From NCBI GenBank assembly GCA_965637545.1, contig OZ281494.1, positions 16,306,001-16,370,000 on the forward strand: a DNA stretch of 64,000 nt, written 5' to 3'. Positions 38,366 through 51,187 of the stretch are shown piece by piece (position 1 is the stretch's first letter; each line of letters begins with the position of its first letter). Below the pieces are notes generated by a model that was not told the DNA's origin, made no database searches, and saw nothing but the letters and a program-made list of their open reading frames with translations. The position numbers were made by a program, and so were the translations under genes. Source of the DNA: Phallusia mammillata (taxonomy: Eukaryota).

Positions 38366-38539
38366 CGCACCTCCAACTCACTGTAAAGAAAGCCTCACAA
38401 CTGTATGTTCGTAACAAGGAAATACTATACAAAGGCGTGGGGCATGCTAGCAGTGTTTCGGTCGTCTGCGTCATTGGACGACGCAACAATATTGTGTGGT
38501 GCGTCATGCACATTCAAAGACATGGCACAAACGGGTATG

Positions 38540-39115
38540 CATGGGCGTCCGCAGCGGGGGGGCAAGAGGGGGCACGTGCCCCCCCCCCCCCCCTGGAAAA
38601 AAGAAAAACGCAAACGGTCGGAGAATCCGCAACTTAAAACAAAACACAATAAACATTCACACAGTGTCATACAAAAACTATTCCTGGAACGTAAATTGAA
38701 GACGCCGTAGGTCTCCACCCCTTTATTACAAGTGTAACTGTAACAGAACAGAATAAGGTTTTACAACAAATTAAATGAATCGAACATTATTACTTAACAA
38801 TAGTTCGGTAACAAGCATATTATTACGTCATTGATGGATGTGTCAAACAGGCATTATGTGATATCTTCACTGTATTTGTTGTTACATCTGATAAGGTTCG
38901 TCAATGTAAATCCTACTTCCGTTAAAAAGTATTTGCCAACCTACCACATACTTCAGTGATGTTTAATATTGTGTTTATTGTATTATTTTGCTACTTTGGG
39001 ATTGGCAAGAATGAGTAGCACAGTCAGATGATTTTTGTTCTGAAATGCCGTTTATCGAACGGCGATGTGACGATAGTTTTGCCCTCCCCTGTATTTTTTC
39101 CTGCGGACGCCCATG
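38540..39115. mobile_element. hAT-type MITE upstream of gene B
   Basis: TIR CATGGGCGTCCGCAG ... CTGCGGACGCCCATG; 8-bp TSD CGGGTATG; empty site at about 4935 upstream of A. Confidence 0.88.
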
Positions 39116-39609
39116 CGGGTATGGTGACTTTTATTCATTGAGGTTAAGACATAAATAACTGTGATTTATTGGAGTTGCTCAGTCACGTACTAGAATGTTT
39201 CAAGCCTCACTCATAGTGCCCACCTTTATTTATTGTAAAACAACATTAGAACTTAGCGGTGACAAGTTGTAATAACATTAGTTTTCACAGTTAAAATTTA
39301 TTGGAGTGATCAAAACATTGTTGTTTGTTTGGATGCAAATCAAAAAGAAAAACTATCTGTCATCGTTTGCAACATAATAACGCATTTTTTAATGTTTTTG
39401 ACATCAATGATTACAAGCAGACTACTTCTTTTGTATTTTTTTCGTTCACATGTTTGTGGCCGCCACTGGAATTAGTTAACTACAGATATGTAAAAAAACT
39501 CGTTCAAACATAGCGAAATTATAAACACCATCAGATATATGCTTGAACACATCAATACATTACAGAATCAAAATTATTTGATTTTAAGAGCCACAGCATT
39601 TCTGCAATG

Positions 39610-40593
39610 TTACATAACATCGTAGCGACAAAGGGGAACGCCCCCGACAAATGTATCAAAGTTCCACATTCCAGTGAGAGTGATTGGGACATTTGGTTTT
39701 GTGGCAACCGTCCATCCGACATTTTCACCACGAGACCCAGGAAATCCATTGGCCCACTTTACTTACACTGGTCCACCGTTAAGACTTTGTAATTGTCCAT
39801 TCTACACAAGAACTCATATTATTTGCCGGTTGGAAGCTTGTTGCTATCCGAAACTACAGAGAAGGTTATGTAAATAGTTTCACCTGATAAGTTGACCCGA
39901 GCCAGATTTCAACGACATTGTTGGAGGGTTTGTCAATGTAGACATTCCATGTTTTTTGGACATATTTGTACAGTACTTCATACATTTCTTGGTTTTCGAT
40001 GTCAACCAGCGCTTCGCCCTGGTAGCTGCAGAGATCAGCTGCTGCTTGCTTGCTTCCACCCGCATTATAGGAAGCAACAATTAGCGGCAGGTGGTAGCAA
40101 TAACCATTGTAGACGATTCCAGAACAATTGAACTTGGCTTAAAGTAGGGTGAAGTTTAGTGTGTGTAATAAATAGTTCCGTTAATTAAAAACATGATGGC
40201 CCAGCTTTAAGATCGGCTTTGAACTTTAGACTAATTGAGATGTTTTTGATCTATCGGCACCGGCTCCGTTTTTTTGGGGGGGGGTTGAGAACCACTGTTA
40301 TAGAGATTGGTCGCTATAATAAGACAACTACCTTGAACGATCGATTCAATTCGACGATCTATTTCACTCCAGTCAGGTCGACTAGCTAGTCCTGGAGGTC
40401 CAATCGGTCCCTGTTTTCCAGGCGGGCCTTGGGGCCTCACTGGACTACCGCCCACGTTTCCACTTTGTCGGTTAAAAATGCTTTGCACTGATCGGCAGAA
40501 CATGTAATTTCCATCATTCTGTCCTTTGACTACTACCAAACTGGTTGAAATTAACAGGCAATATAATAGCAGCATTTCAGAATGTAATCTCAT
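39610..40593 (-). pseudogene. Second collectin-like copy with a premature stop in exon 3
   Basis: Exons 40332-40593, 39884-40137 and 39610-39801 match the first copy in length. TAC (Tyr) is TAA at 39763-39765, which removes most of the last CTL exon. Confidence 0.78.
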
Positions 40594-40650
40594 GGTTACC
40601 TTTTAAATATAATAATATTTTAGGAACAAACCAGGACTAAAATGAAATGT

Positions 40651-40812
40651 CAAGTTTGTAGAGCTCTTCTGGCAAATGTAATTTTTGTTCCGACGTTTCT
40701 ACGGCCGATACAGGGCGTCTTCATCAGGGTCACGTCGAAACGTCGGAATAAAATTACATTTGCCAGAAGAGCTTTACAAACTAGATATTATGCCTGGCAG
40801 CAATAGCTTATA
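40651..40812. mobile_element. Miniature Penelope-like insertion (duplicate of 6909-7070)
   Basis: Same structure and TSD remnant; hammerhead stem II is mutated. Confidence 0.75.
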
Positions 40813-42734
40813 TAAAATGAAATATGTTTGATACTGCACCCCCACGAAACGCACAGTTACAAGCTCGAGTTCAGACGATTAATGTTATATGTTTGAATGA
40901 TTTCTCACCAGTGTTTAACACAGTCCAATGGAAGATGTCCTGATTCAAAACATGCTTTTGGGATTGCTTTGCGCTTAAATAAATATTGTCCTCGATCAAC
41001 TAACACAGATAAGAGAGGATTCGTGAACACATCACGTAGTACATAACAAATAAACAGATGCGCTGGATTGACTAAACGTTTTACTACTTGACTAGTTGAC
41101 TTGCCTGACGACGGCGACAGTGTTTCACAAAATAATTTTACAACTGACCAGGCTGACTTTCCAAAAAGTGTTTGAAAGAGCCTGAATTTTATTGTAAGTT
41201 GCAAGAGGCTTGAAATTTGTCGGAAAGCTTGCCTTTTTCAATTGTTGGTAGGTAAAAGGTCTTTCTTATAGAATTCCATAGGTTCGGTTTAACAAAAAAT
41301 AATCGATTATTATAATCAGTTTAATTTTCACCAAACAGAATACAAAATCGCAAAAACTGCTGCATTAGTCTCGTTCACATTTTGACCTACATGTCAAACA
41401 AATCTAAAACTAATGCACGTTTCAGATTCGTAGTGGAGGAACGCCAGTTTGACAATTGATCATACAAGATGAACAAAAATTCATTACTGGGATCACCCCT
41501 GAAGCGCCCATGAAATTCGGTGATCATGGCACACTTATTTTGACTTTGTATACACCTGCAACATCTAACCATAGTTTATCCTTGACGTTAACAAATTCAA
41601 ATGTGTCTCTAATCCGGTACAATATGGAATTTCATCTCATAAAAATCCCTCAAAGGCACACTAGAAACATTAACTGCTGGAAAACAAAAAACGGAAAACA
41701 TGACGCCACCATAACTCAGTTGAACCAAAAATTTCCTACTCCTGTAGCTCTTAACCTGCCTACCCTTACGAACCCTGATCAGACAGGGGGTACGAGAAAA
41801 TTTCGCGCCAGGCCATTCGGCCAAGTTCCTGCCCCCACCTTATATAATCCTATCGATAATTTTAAGAACTGTGTCTGTTTAACGCCACCTAACGGTTTTT
41901 AAAATCGTTGTTGGTTGTAGTTCTACCTATGGTGACAGTAGTTCTACCAATAAACAACTATTTTGTCTGCTACAACGTCAGTTTAAGATCAACCATGAAA
42001 TGACAACATTAAACATAAAACGTCGAACTTTTATGCTGCTGTTTAGTCCACTTTGCTAAAAAATGTTTTATAGGGCTTAACGTCGATAATAGTTCGCTTG
42101 AAATATTTGATGACATATTGTTTATTGTTCATATTTGCAAGCTAGAATCCAAGCTTTCTGATCATTATTGAAAAGTGTTAAAGTCATCTAAGCAATACTG
42201 TTGTACGTTAATAAAAGAGTTTTCTTTTCCTTTTTTAACCTAAAACATCTTTGTTTTGTGGTCATTACAATGACTAACAACTCTAGCTTGTCAAAACCAT
42301 TGCTGTTTGTTGTTAGTGGAAAACACGCATCGCTGTAATTTATTGTGAAAATTACATAGTAGTAACTTCATCGTGCCGAAGACATCCAGCAAGTTCATCG
42401 TGGTATTTAAATCAGTAATATTATCGTTACAACGTGATCGTGGTAAATTCATCGCACGGCAATTTAATCGTGGTATGTTACATTGCAGTAGTTTTATCGT
42501 GATAGTTTCATGAAGGCAATTTTATCGTTGGAGTTTTTCATAAGGTAATTTCACAACAGTATTTTCATCGTGATAATTACATCGTTGTAATTTCGTTTTG
42601 GCAAGTTCATCGCATGGTAACTATATCGTACCGATTGCTTCGTTGTAATTTTTTTCTCGTGGCAAATGTATTGTTGCAATTCTATCGTGGTAATTTCATG
42701 ACATTGCGGTAGGCTATAATAGTTTTTTAACACA

Positions 42735-42846
42735 TTTTTTTTTCACGGGGTTCGAACCCAGGACTCTCCCGGGGACGAATCCCGATCAGGTTTTTTTGTC
42801 TGTATATGGGTCAGGCGCGCCAGACCGTTCGGCCAAGATCCTGCCC
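42735..42846 (-). mobile_element. tRNA-derived SINE with poly(A) tail
   Basis: A box TGGCCGAACGG, B box GGTTCGAACCC, A-tail; TSD TTTTAACACA at 42725-42734 and 42847-42856. Confidence 0.75.
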
Positions 42847-42952
42847 TTTTAACACAATTTTTTTTTTTATTGCGATAGCTAAGACACGAAGAAAGACAGA
42901 TACATGAAAGTACAACAGAACAAACAGACAAACGCTAAGTATTTAACGGCAT

Positions 42953-45900
42953 TCAGAGGCCAGACCACTTTACTAAGCACTCTGCACGTTTTTTTCTTTT
43001 AGTAGCAATAATTAGTTCGGACTGTTTCGTCATTTTTAATGCGTTAATAAATCTGTTCACAGTAGGTTTGTTTTGTGCATATTTACATTGGTATATTACA
43101 AAACGGGCACATAGAAATATACAATTTAACAATGGTGTAACAGAACTGTACGAGTGGGTTCCAAATAAACATAACGCTACATTCGGTTTAATATTCAGTA
43201 ATAGTTTGCGAGAGATCCAAGAAGTAACATTTTCCCAATATAGGGCGACAACTTTGCAAGTGTAAAACAAATGAAAATTGGTTTCAGGGAAACTTTCACA
43301 GAAAACGCACTTTTCTGAAGTTACTATGCCAAAATTGTATAGTTTATTATTTGTTATTACCGCTCTTAAGTTTAATTTGATTTGAAACGCCCTTAATTTT
43401 GTTTCTAAGGTACAGTTATACGTGTTCCTGTACACCTCCCTCCAGTTGGGCTTTTCTGTACTAATCCCTATGTCGGTTTCCCATTTTTTCTGTTCTTGTG
43501 TTGGCGGTTCTGATGTGTGGTCTTTTACGAAGTTGTAAGTTTCTTTAACTGTGCCGTGCAGGGCTATGGTATGAAACCAAGTTGGTTTAGTTTCAGTGGG
43601 TACTCTGTTGGTTTGTCGGTCATATATATCCCAATTGTCTGGAATTGCGGCGACTAATTTGATAAAATAGGTGAAATCTTGATTTGTTGGCTGAAAGTTA
43701 TATTTGAGGGCAAGTTCGTCGTATGTATAGTAATCACCATCATTGTTAAGTAGATCAAGGTGACTGAGAATACCAGCGCGAATTAGAGGTAGCATGTAAA
43801 AGGGTTTTAGGCGTGATCGGACTTCTTTATTTAACCAAAGGGGTCTATAAACATTAGCGGGGAGATTTGTAAGTTTTGCGAATTTTTTGCAGGCAGAGAC
43901 TGCCTTTCTTAATGTTCGTAAGGGGATTGATTGAAGGAAGAGTTTTGAGTTGGGAGACACACTGCTGTTTAACCACGAGTTGAATTCGCTGGGGCTCCCG
44001 ACCGAGGTTTCGAGATCTTTCCATGGAGATGTATACGAATCGTTGAATAATCGATTGACCCATTTGATATCTAATGACACCAGATATGCGTCCAGGTCAA
44101 ACATATTGATTCCCCCATCCTCAATATTACAACAGAGCTTTGCTCGTTTTACTTTTTTCCATTTTGAGTTCCAAATGAATTTAAAAAAAATTCTTTTAAG
44201 GTTTTTGACGAATGCTTCTGGTAATTCGATAGGTACAACATTGACTTTGTAGGTCAAGGTGGGAATAATTAAACTTTTTAAAATGCAAACCCGCCCAATT
44301 AGCGTTAATCCTCTCCCTGACCAAATGTTTAGTATGGCTTTAGTTTTATCAATTAGTCCTGCGAAGTTTAATTCTAACAGTTTTTTTGGCGACCCGGTAA
44401 TAGGGAAGTTAATTCCCAAGTAACGAAAATAGGTTTGGGGCCACGATAGTCCTTTATCTAAATATGGTTTCTCAAGCGATGAGCGTTTTGAGCCAATAAA
44501 GAACGCCACTGACTTTTGGATGTTAATTTTACAACCAGACATCAGGCCAAATTCGTTAATAATTGAAAAGGCTTTGTCAAAGTTTGATACGTCCCCGTTT
44601 AAAAAAAAGTGTATCATCCTCCAGGAGTGAGACCTAAAAATCGATACCATTTAAGTTAAGCCCAATTTGATCATCTAGGCGAAGCGCCGCGGCTAAGCAT
44701 TCTATACAAAGCACAAACAGAGTAGGAGATAGGGGATCTCCCTGTCTTACACCTCTTTCGATTTCAAATTCGCGTGACAACTGGTTGTTGTTAATTAGTT
44801 TGCTTGTGTATCCAATGAATAAGTTTTTCACCAAATCCGAATGTTTGTAATACCGCGTAAATAAAGTTCCACTCGATCGTATCGAACGCTTTATAAATAT
44901 CCAACGAGAGAATAGCGCCTGGGCATTTATAGAAATCCGCATAATCAATTATGTCAAATAATAGGCGAAGGTTATCACCAATAAATCTTCCTTTAATAAA
45001 TCCGTTCTGGTCTGTTTTGACAAGATGGTGTAAATTGAGTTTGATGCGATTGTTTACAGCTTTGGACACTATTTTATAATCGGCATTCAAAAGAGTTATC
45101 GGTCTATAGTTCGTGACGTATTGTTTATCTTTACCGGGTTTGGGAATCAGGGTCACCACACCTTGGCGTTAAACTGGGCTGAAGTGCCCCATTTTCTCCG
45201 AATATTGCCATGCGTCGCAAAACAGGTCTTTAAGGTCGTCCCAAAACGTTTTAAAAAATTCAATTGGAAAGCCATCAAGACCTGGCGATTTGTTTAGGGG
45301 CATAGATATCAGCGTCGCGTAAAACTCTTTTTCTGTAATTGGTAGCTCGCTATCCTCTAGTTGTGCCTGATTCAGGGAGGGCAAGCGTAATTTCGAGAGG
45401 CGCGATAACAGTTCTGGGTGGGTAAGAGGATTATTAGGCTGTTGATACAGCTGCTCATAGAACAAAACCAATTCGTTTATAATTGTATTTTGATCTGTGT
45501 TTGTAACACCGTTTATGTTTAATTTCTCGATGGATTTCTTTGCAGAATGGCGTTTTTCCGTGGAGTTTCGTTCCCCATTTTCTACCCATCTTGCCCTACT
45601 CCTAATCATAGCACCTTTTGTTTGTATCTCCGAAAATTTATCTAGTTTTGTTTTGAAATCGTCAAGTTTTTCCGCAAGGACAGGATTTGGTTGGTGTGTT
45701 GAAGTTAGTTCACGCTCCGCATTTTCTATATTCCGCTCCAGGGACCGTTGTCGGGCAAAGTTACGTCGTTTAATAATCGCGCTGTACTGAATAGTTTCCC
45801 CCCGGATAACGGCTTTCAAAGCGTCCCATCGAACATGAGGGTTTACACCACAACTAGCATTATTTATTTTAAAATCCCTTATTGTGTTTTGGATCTTTGA

Positions 45901-46683
45901 AATGTAGTTATTGTCAGAGAGAAGATTTGTATTTAATTTCCAGTACCCGCTGCCACGTGGGCTTTGGGAAAATCTTAATCCTAGGGAAATGATCTTGTGG
46001 TCAGATTTAATGCCCACCGAGATGTCGGATGACGTCACTTTGTTAAATATTAAATTCGAAGTTAAGAAAAAATCTATACGAGTAGCACAAAAAGGGTTAA
46101 GTTGAAGTCGCGAGTATTTTTTGGTAGCTGGGTGAAGTCTACGAAAAACATCACATAAGTCATAAGTATTTATGTGCGATAGAATTCGCTGACGAGAATT
46201 CCGATTGGGATGTGGAGACCCGCGGGTTTTATCTAAACGTTCTTGCAAAATAGCGTTAAAATCGCCACCGATAATTAAATTAGGATTATTTCCTAAAGCG
46301 AGCTTATCAAAGATCATGTCAAAGAATTCTGGTTTGTCATTGTTGGGAGCGTATAGGTTGCAGAGTCTTATTTCTGAATTGTTGAACAGGAGGTTGAAAA
46401 TAGCGTACCTCCCTTCAGGGTCTGCTTCGACTTCGGTAATCGCGTAAGTGAATTTTTTTGCAAACAGAATAGCAACGCCCTTGCTGCGCGTAGAGCCGTG
46501 TGCCCAAATTATTTCATTTCCCCATTCTAATTCCCACAATTTTTCTTCATTAATGGAACAGTGCGTTTCCTGAAGGAACATTAGGTGATATGATTTCCCT
46601 TTGAGAAAGTTGAAAATTGTCCTGCGTTTACTACGTTTCCGTAAGCCTCCCACGTTAAATGAAGCGATATTTAAAGTAGACAT
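42953..46683 (-). pseudogene. LINE ORF2 (endonuclease and reverse transcriptase), disrupted
   Basis: FLQETH, GDFN, RIDFFL, KSPGLDG, RPITLLNADYK, GVRQGDPLSP. Frameshifts near 45165, 44800 and 44620, plus a stop at about 44634. The YADD-equivalent motif reads LEDD. Confidence 0.88.
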
Positions 46684-46729
46684 GAAAAATAAACAAACAA
46701 AAAAGGATATCGAAATACAGAAGGGTATA

Positions 46730-48113
46730 TTAGTATTTTTGTACTCCAGGTTCTATATCCCATTCATATTCAAGACCACAGTTACAGTTGTATGGTCTGC
46801 TTGGTTCTACTTCTTCTGATGATTTTTTTCCACAACTACAGTGGATTAATTTTTTTTTACAAGCCGGATTTGAGCATTCTTTGCTCATTGCGATTTTGGG
46901 TAAAGGGTTTACAGTGTCACAAGTACAAGCAATAGCATACCTTTTGCATTGGATGCACTCATACAGGTTAGTTTCCAATCTGAATTCCGGTTGCAGTTCG
47001 TCGCAGCATGGCATTATTTTCATTTGAGCTCGGCATTTCGGGCACTTTGCTTCCGTTTGACGAATCCTTATTAAAAATAGTTCGGCCTCATCACAACACG
47101 CTTTCGCAACTTTATATTCTTCTTTACATTTGCAACAATAGAAAAGTTTGGAATCTGGGTCAATCAAGCTTCCTGTGTTGCATTGAGGACAAGCCACGGG
47201 GATTGTGAATTCACATAGACTTCTTGACTTGCTTTCAGGGAATTCGGTAGGGCTATTGCGTGGACGCTTTCTAGACCCTGCCTGAACAGTCGTAGCGGTC
47301 TCCAGGTCTGTATTTTCCTCGTTATCTAGTGCTCCTTCGAGAGCAGTGTCGCCACCTGATTCGAGTTGTGACGCAACTAGGTTATCAGGGTCAGTTCGAA
47401 GCTTCACGCGTGACCCAGTTTCCTTATCAGGCTTACTTCGAACTTCCGTGCTTGACCTAGTTCCCTTACCTCTGGATGTGGTGCTTGTTCTTTGCTGGTT
47501 CTGGGTGTTTTGTAGGTGTGGAAAATCTTCTTGTCTTTTCAAGCAGTTAGACTGTTTATGGCCTTTCTCTCCACAATATTTACACGTTATTATTTGTCCA
47601 TTGTAAGTTACATAGAACTCGTTTCCCATGACACGTATGTAGCTGGGGATGGGATGTTTTTCCAAATCGACTTTGTTCATCGTAGCGATTCTCATTCCTG
47701 AGAAGAGACCCTCTTTATCTTTTCTGTGTGTAATTTTTTTTACCGCACCGTATTGCTCTTCCAGGTTTTTTACTATCAATTCGTTAGGAAAGGGTATAGG
47801 CGCCCATCCAATTCCGAAATTAATGACATCACTTTCGTAGAGTCTCGAGTTTTGAACATATGTAACTTCCATCAATCTTTTATTAAGCTCTACAACATTT
47901 TCCCTTGTTGTACATGTAACATCCACAAGGGTCCCCTTCATTTCCGCTATTCCAACAATTTTTGTAAGCGAAAAATTTTATTTATTTCATTAAATTCCAT
48001 AACTCATCTCTTTTCAGCTGTCTAGAGGCCTTGAAACTCAAACAATTAGGCCTTTTTAGTGCACTCTTTGCACTCTCAGTTGCCGCTTGCGCATAACTAG
48101 GCTGCTTGCTCAT
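46730..48113 (-). pseudogene. LINE ORF1 (zinc knuckle, Cys-rich C-terminus), frameshifted near the N-terminus
   Basis: MSKQPSYAQAA start at 48113; frame change at about 47975 into the 403-aa ORF containing CKYCGEKGHKQSNC. Confidence 0.8.
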
Positions 48114-48540
48114 GACTCCTTTCTCCACGAGCGCCAGACGGGAATCCCCTTTTAACACAATTATTTGTGTAAATTTTCGAAAGTGTTACTTGCGCCACCT
48201 ATTTGTCAAACTTTGTTGGACGTAAGTTCCCATGATAATATGTTTTCGGTGATTTGGCCGTTTCTGGCCCCCGATTTACTCCATAAATCTTGGCAAGTAG
48301 AACCATTTCATTCTTCCCTTCTCTGATCAGTCACATTACTTTTCTCCACTTTTGTGTAAGGACCTGAATGTCGAACACATATAACAATCTTGGCGGTACA
48401 AAATTGGTAAATAAAATCGGTTACCATTGCTGATCAATTACAATTGTGGTTTAGTAAAAAGACAATTACCGTTGAGCAGTTGTTTTAGAAACAAAATTGT
48501 GTGATCGCCAAAGTAAGACAATATTCGTCTTTATAGACGT

Positions 48541-48957
48541 CGGCTCTCAAACTGGGGTCCGCCACACGACTTCAGAGGGACCACGAGAAGCCTAACGTAT
48601 TTCTGCAATCATATGTAATATCAGCTCTTACGACTGCATACGCAAAAATTGCATATATAAACGAGTATTCTTTGACAAAAAGTGGTACATTGCTTCATTT
48701 CCACTAACAAACACAGGCGATTGTTCGCGCACCATATTTATATTGTTTCATTCTTTTTTGTGACGTAATAATTGCCCCACGCAAAGTGATGTGACAGCAC
48801 TAAACTAAATTCTTTCAAAAGAAATAAACTAACTTTTAGTTTTTGACTCAACAGTTTTGTTTTGCCAAGATATATTCAGTTGTATAAATATATTTAGATT
48901 GGACCGCGAGTGCTCGAAAAAATGGCCAAGGGACAAAAAATTGAAGTTTGAGAACCG
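48541..48957. mobile_element. Old hAT-like MITE (duplicate of 9332-9779)
   Basis: Same ends, with small internal deletions. Confidence 0.55.
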
Positions 48958-49585
48958 CTCAGTACAGTTAATTGAGTGGCCATTTTTCTAACTAAGGCAA
49001 TGATGGATTAAACATGAATTTGTTCGATTTGAGACAACCTCACATGGAAATAGATCTATTGGACAAACATTTTGTAAAACTTTCACATACTAATCCAAAA
49101 AAATCTAAATCAATTCTAAAAAGTGTACGCATTTCAAATGGTCACATAGTTAAACGTGTCCAAGATACTTGTTTATTGTTCAGTACACGATTTAACCTAT
49201 ATGAACACATTTAAATACACCCATGTATGCAAATAACTTCTACCAGTTCCAAACATTTTTTTAAAGCGTAGATACGTTGAAGAAGCACCATGCCCAGACG
49301 TAGTAGCTGCCTAGATGGTGTAATCACACGATTGCGTTGTTTTTAGCAAACCAACTAAGTCCCCCGAATTTCAGGCTTTGTACCTCACCGGATATGCCCC
49401 TTTGTTAGCAATTAAACAGCTTCTGTAGACTAAGACGTGAGATAAGATTAGTTGGTCTTTCAACGCCAACGGAGCGATAATTGGTTTTCGAATTGTGCCA
49501 TTGTTCGCGTAGCAGTGAGAAAAAGGTTCTAGTGAGTCCTTCACACGCTTCGGTGATCACGTTGGTGCGAATTAAAAGCGTGAAT

Positions 49586-50788
49586 CAGAGGTGTACACGA
49601 ACCGGAGTACCGGAGTGTCCGGAGCCGGAGTTTGCCAAAATTGGCCGGAGTCTATCCGGAGCCGGAGTTTACGTTATTTTAAATCAGCCGGAGCAGGAGC
49701 CGGAGTCGGATTCTATTTTACTTTTCAACGTCTTGCTTAAACCAAAAAAACTAAGGTTCTGGTTATTTTTTTAACGTTTTTGTTTGCCCTCATAGGATTT
49801 ATGTATTTGACCTTTAACCTTGCTATCGCATTACAATACAAATATTGCTTTCACACAATTGTTTTGAGTCAAAACTTTTGACTAGATTGCAGTTTGGAGT
49901 GTACAGTGTAGCATCACGGTTTAGAGTGAGCAACCATAAATATTGATCGTGAAAAATTAACGGAATTAATATGCAAAAATAAAGTTTTGGATAAACAGAA
50001 CGATGGTGCACAAAGTGAAGTTTATCAAACTTACTTTCATCTTTAGTAGACTCATTAATAGTATTAAATAGTGCTGGAAAAGACCTATGCAGTGAAAAAT
50101 AAGTGTCTGAAGTAGTTATATATGTCTGTAAAACATTATCTCCTTATGCATGTTTTTTTCTATGAATGTCCTATCCTAAAGCTGTGAATGCCTGCCACTG
50201 CCAATGTTTACTTACCATTTACACTGTTATCATATAAACCAGGATTTTCGTCAGGAATATTTTATTTTTCTCAATACTAGAATGGTTTTTTCTAGTTTCA
50301 ATTGCAAAACATTTTACAAAGAGTGTTATTCCTTCTTTCTGTTCAGTTGCTTTTAGTTTCAATGCTTATTTGTTTTCAGGTCTTATTGTTATCAATAACT
50401 TAAAAGAAAAACAAAGTTTTTTGTCATAGCTGTTTTGTTTTGCTTGGATACTACCACAGTGATTTTTACCTTCAATTACTTTTGCAACGATCATTTTGCA
50501 CTGAGTGTTATTCTTTCTTTCTGTTTAGTTTAAATGTTCATTTGGTTTCAGTATTGCTATTAATAACTTAGTGCAAAAGGATCGTTCCACAGGTAATTGA
50601 AGGAAAAAATCTTATTGCTATTAATAGCTTAAAAAGTAGGAACAGAAATTGTTTGTGACACCGGAGTATTATCAGGAGTCGGAGTCTGATTTTAGGTCTT
50701 TCATCAGGAGCAGGATTGGAGTCGGAGTTAATTTTTACGGAGTCGGAATGGAGTCGGAGTCTATAAATTTTGACTCCGTACACCTCTG
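49586..50788. mobile_element. Non-autonomous hAT-type element
   Basis: TIR CAGAGGTGTAC ... GTACACCTCTG, 8-bp TSD GCGTGAAT, subterminal CCGGAG/CGGAGT arrays; absent from the first unit. Confidence 0.88.
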
Positions 50789-51187
50789 GCGTGAATGGGT
50801 TGAGGGCGGATGTCGCGAAAAAGGCGATATACTACACTTCGACGCCGCAGGAGAAACGGCGAGGTTCCAGCATTGCAGTTGTTTCCAACCAACCACTGTA
50901 TTGGGATAACGTTACAGTCTAAAAGATTGCTTAACTTTAGATTTTAGCGTTTGCTGTTGTGATTGATGACTGAATGACACATCCATAAGTCAATGCTAAA
51001 GTTCAAAGCTGATTAGATAGAACATAACGACCCACTTGGCTTGTATAGCCATCACTGATAGTTGACTCGTTGCATTTGAACTAAAACTCAATCGGTTGCT
51101 TTATGTTAAAATAAAAATGTGTGTATAATTATATTTATTACGGGCTATATGTTTGATATAAGCGGGTCGTAAACGTACACATTTAAG

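Larger units (their letters stand above)
42858..48149 (-). mobile_element. Full-length but decayed non-LTR retrotransposon of the Tx1/L1 group
   Basis: ORF1 with CCHC knuckle; ORF2 with APE endonuclease, RT and C-terminal CxxC...H...C; poly(A) end; 11-bp TSD TTTTAACACAA at 42847-42857 and 48150-48160; empty site at 8941-8951. Confidence 0.92.

Noticed and set aside
42953-46683. Active autonomous LINE
   Set aside because: Several frameshifts, a stop and an altered catalytic motif (LEDD).
49586-49720. CRISPR-like or satellite array from CCGGAG repeats
   Set aside because: These are subterminal repeats of a hAT element with TIRs and TSD, with no repeat-spacer structure, in a eukaryotic context.
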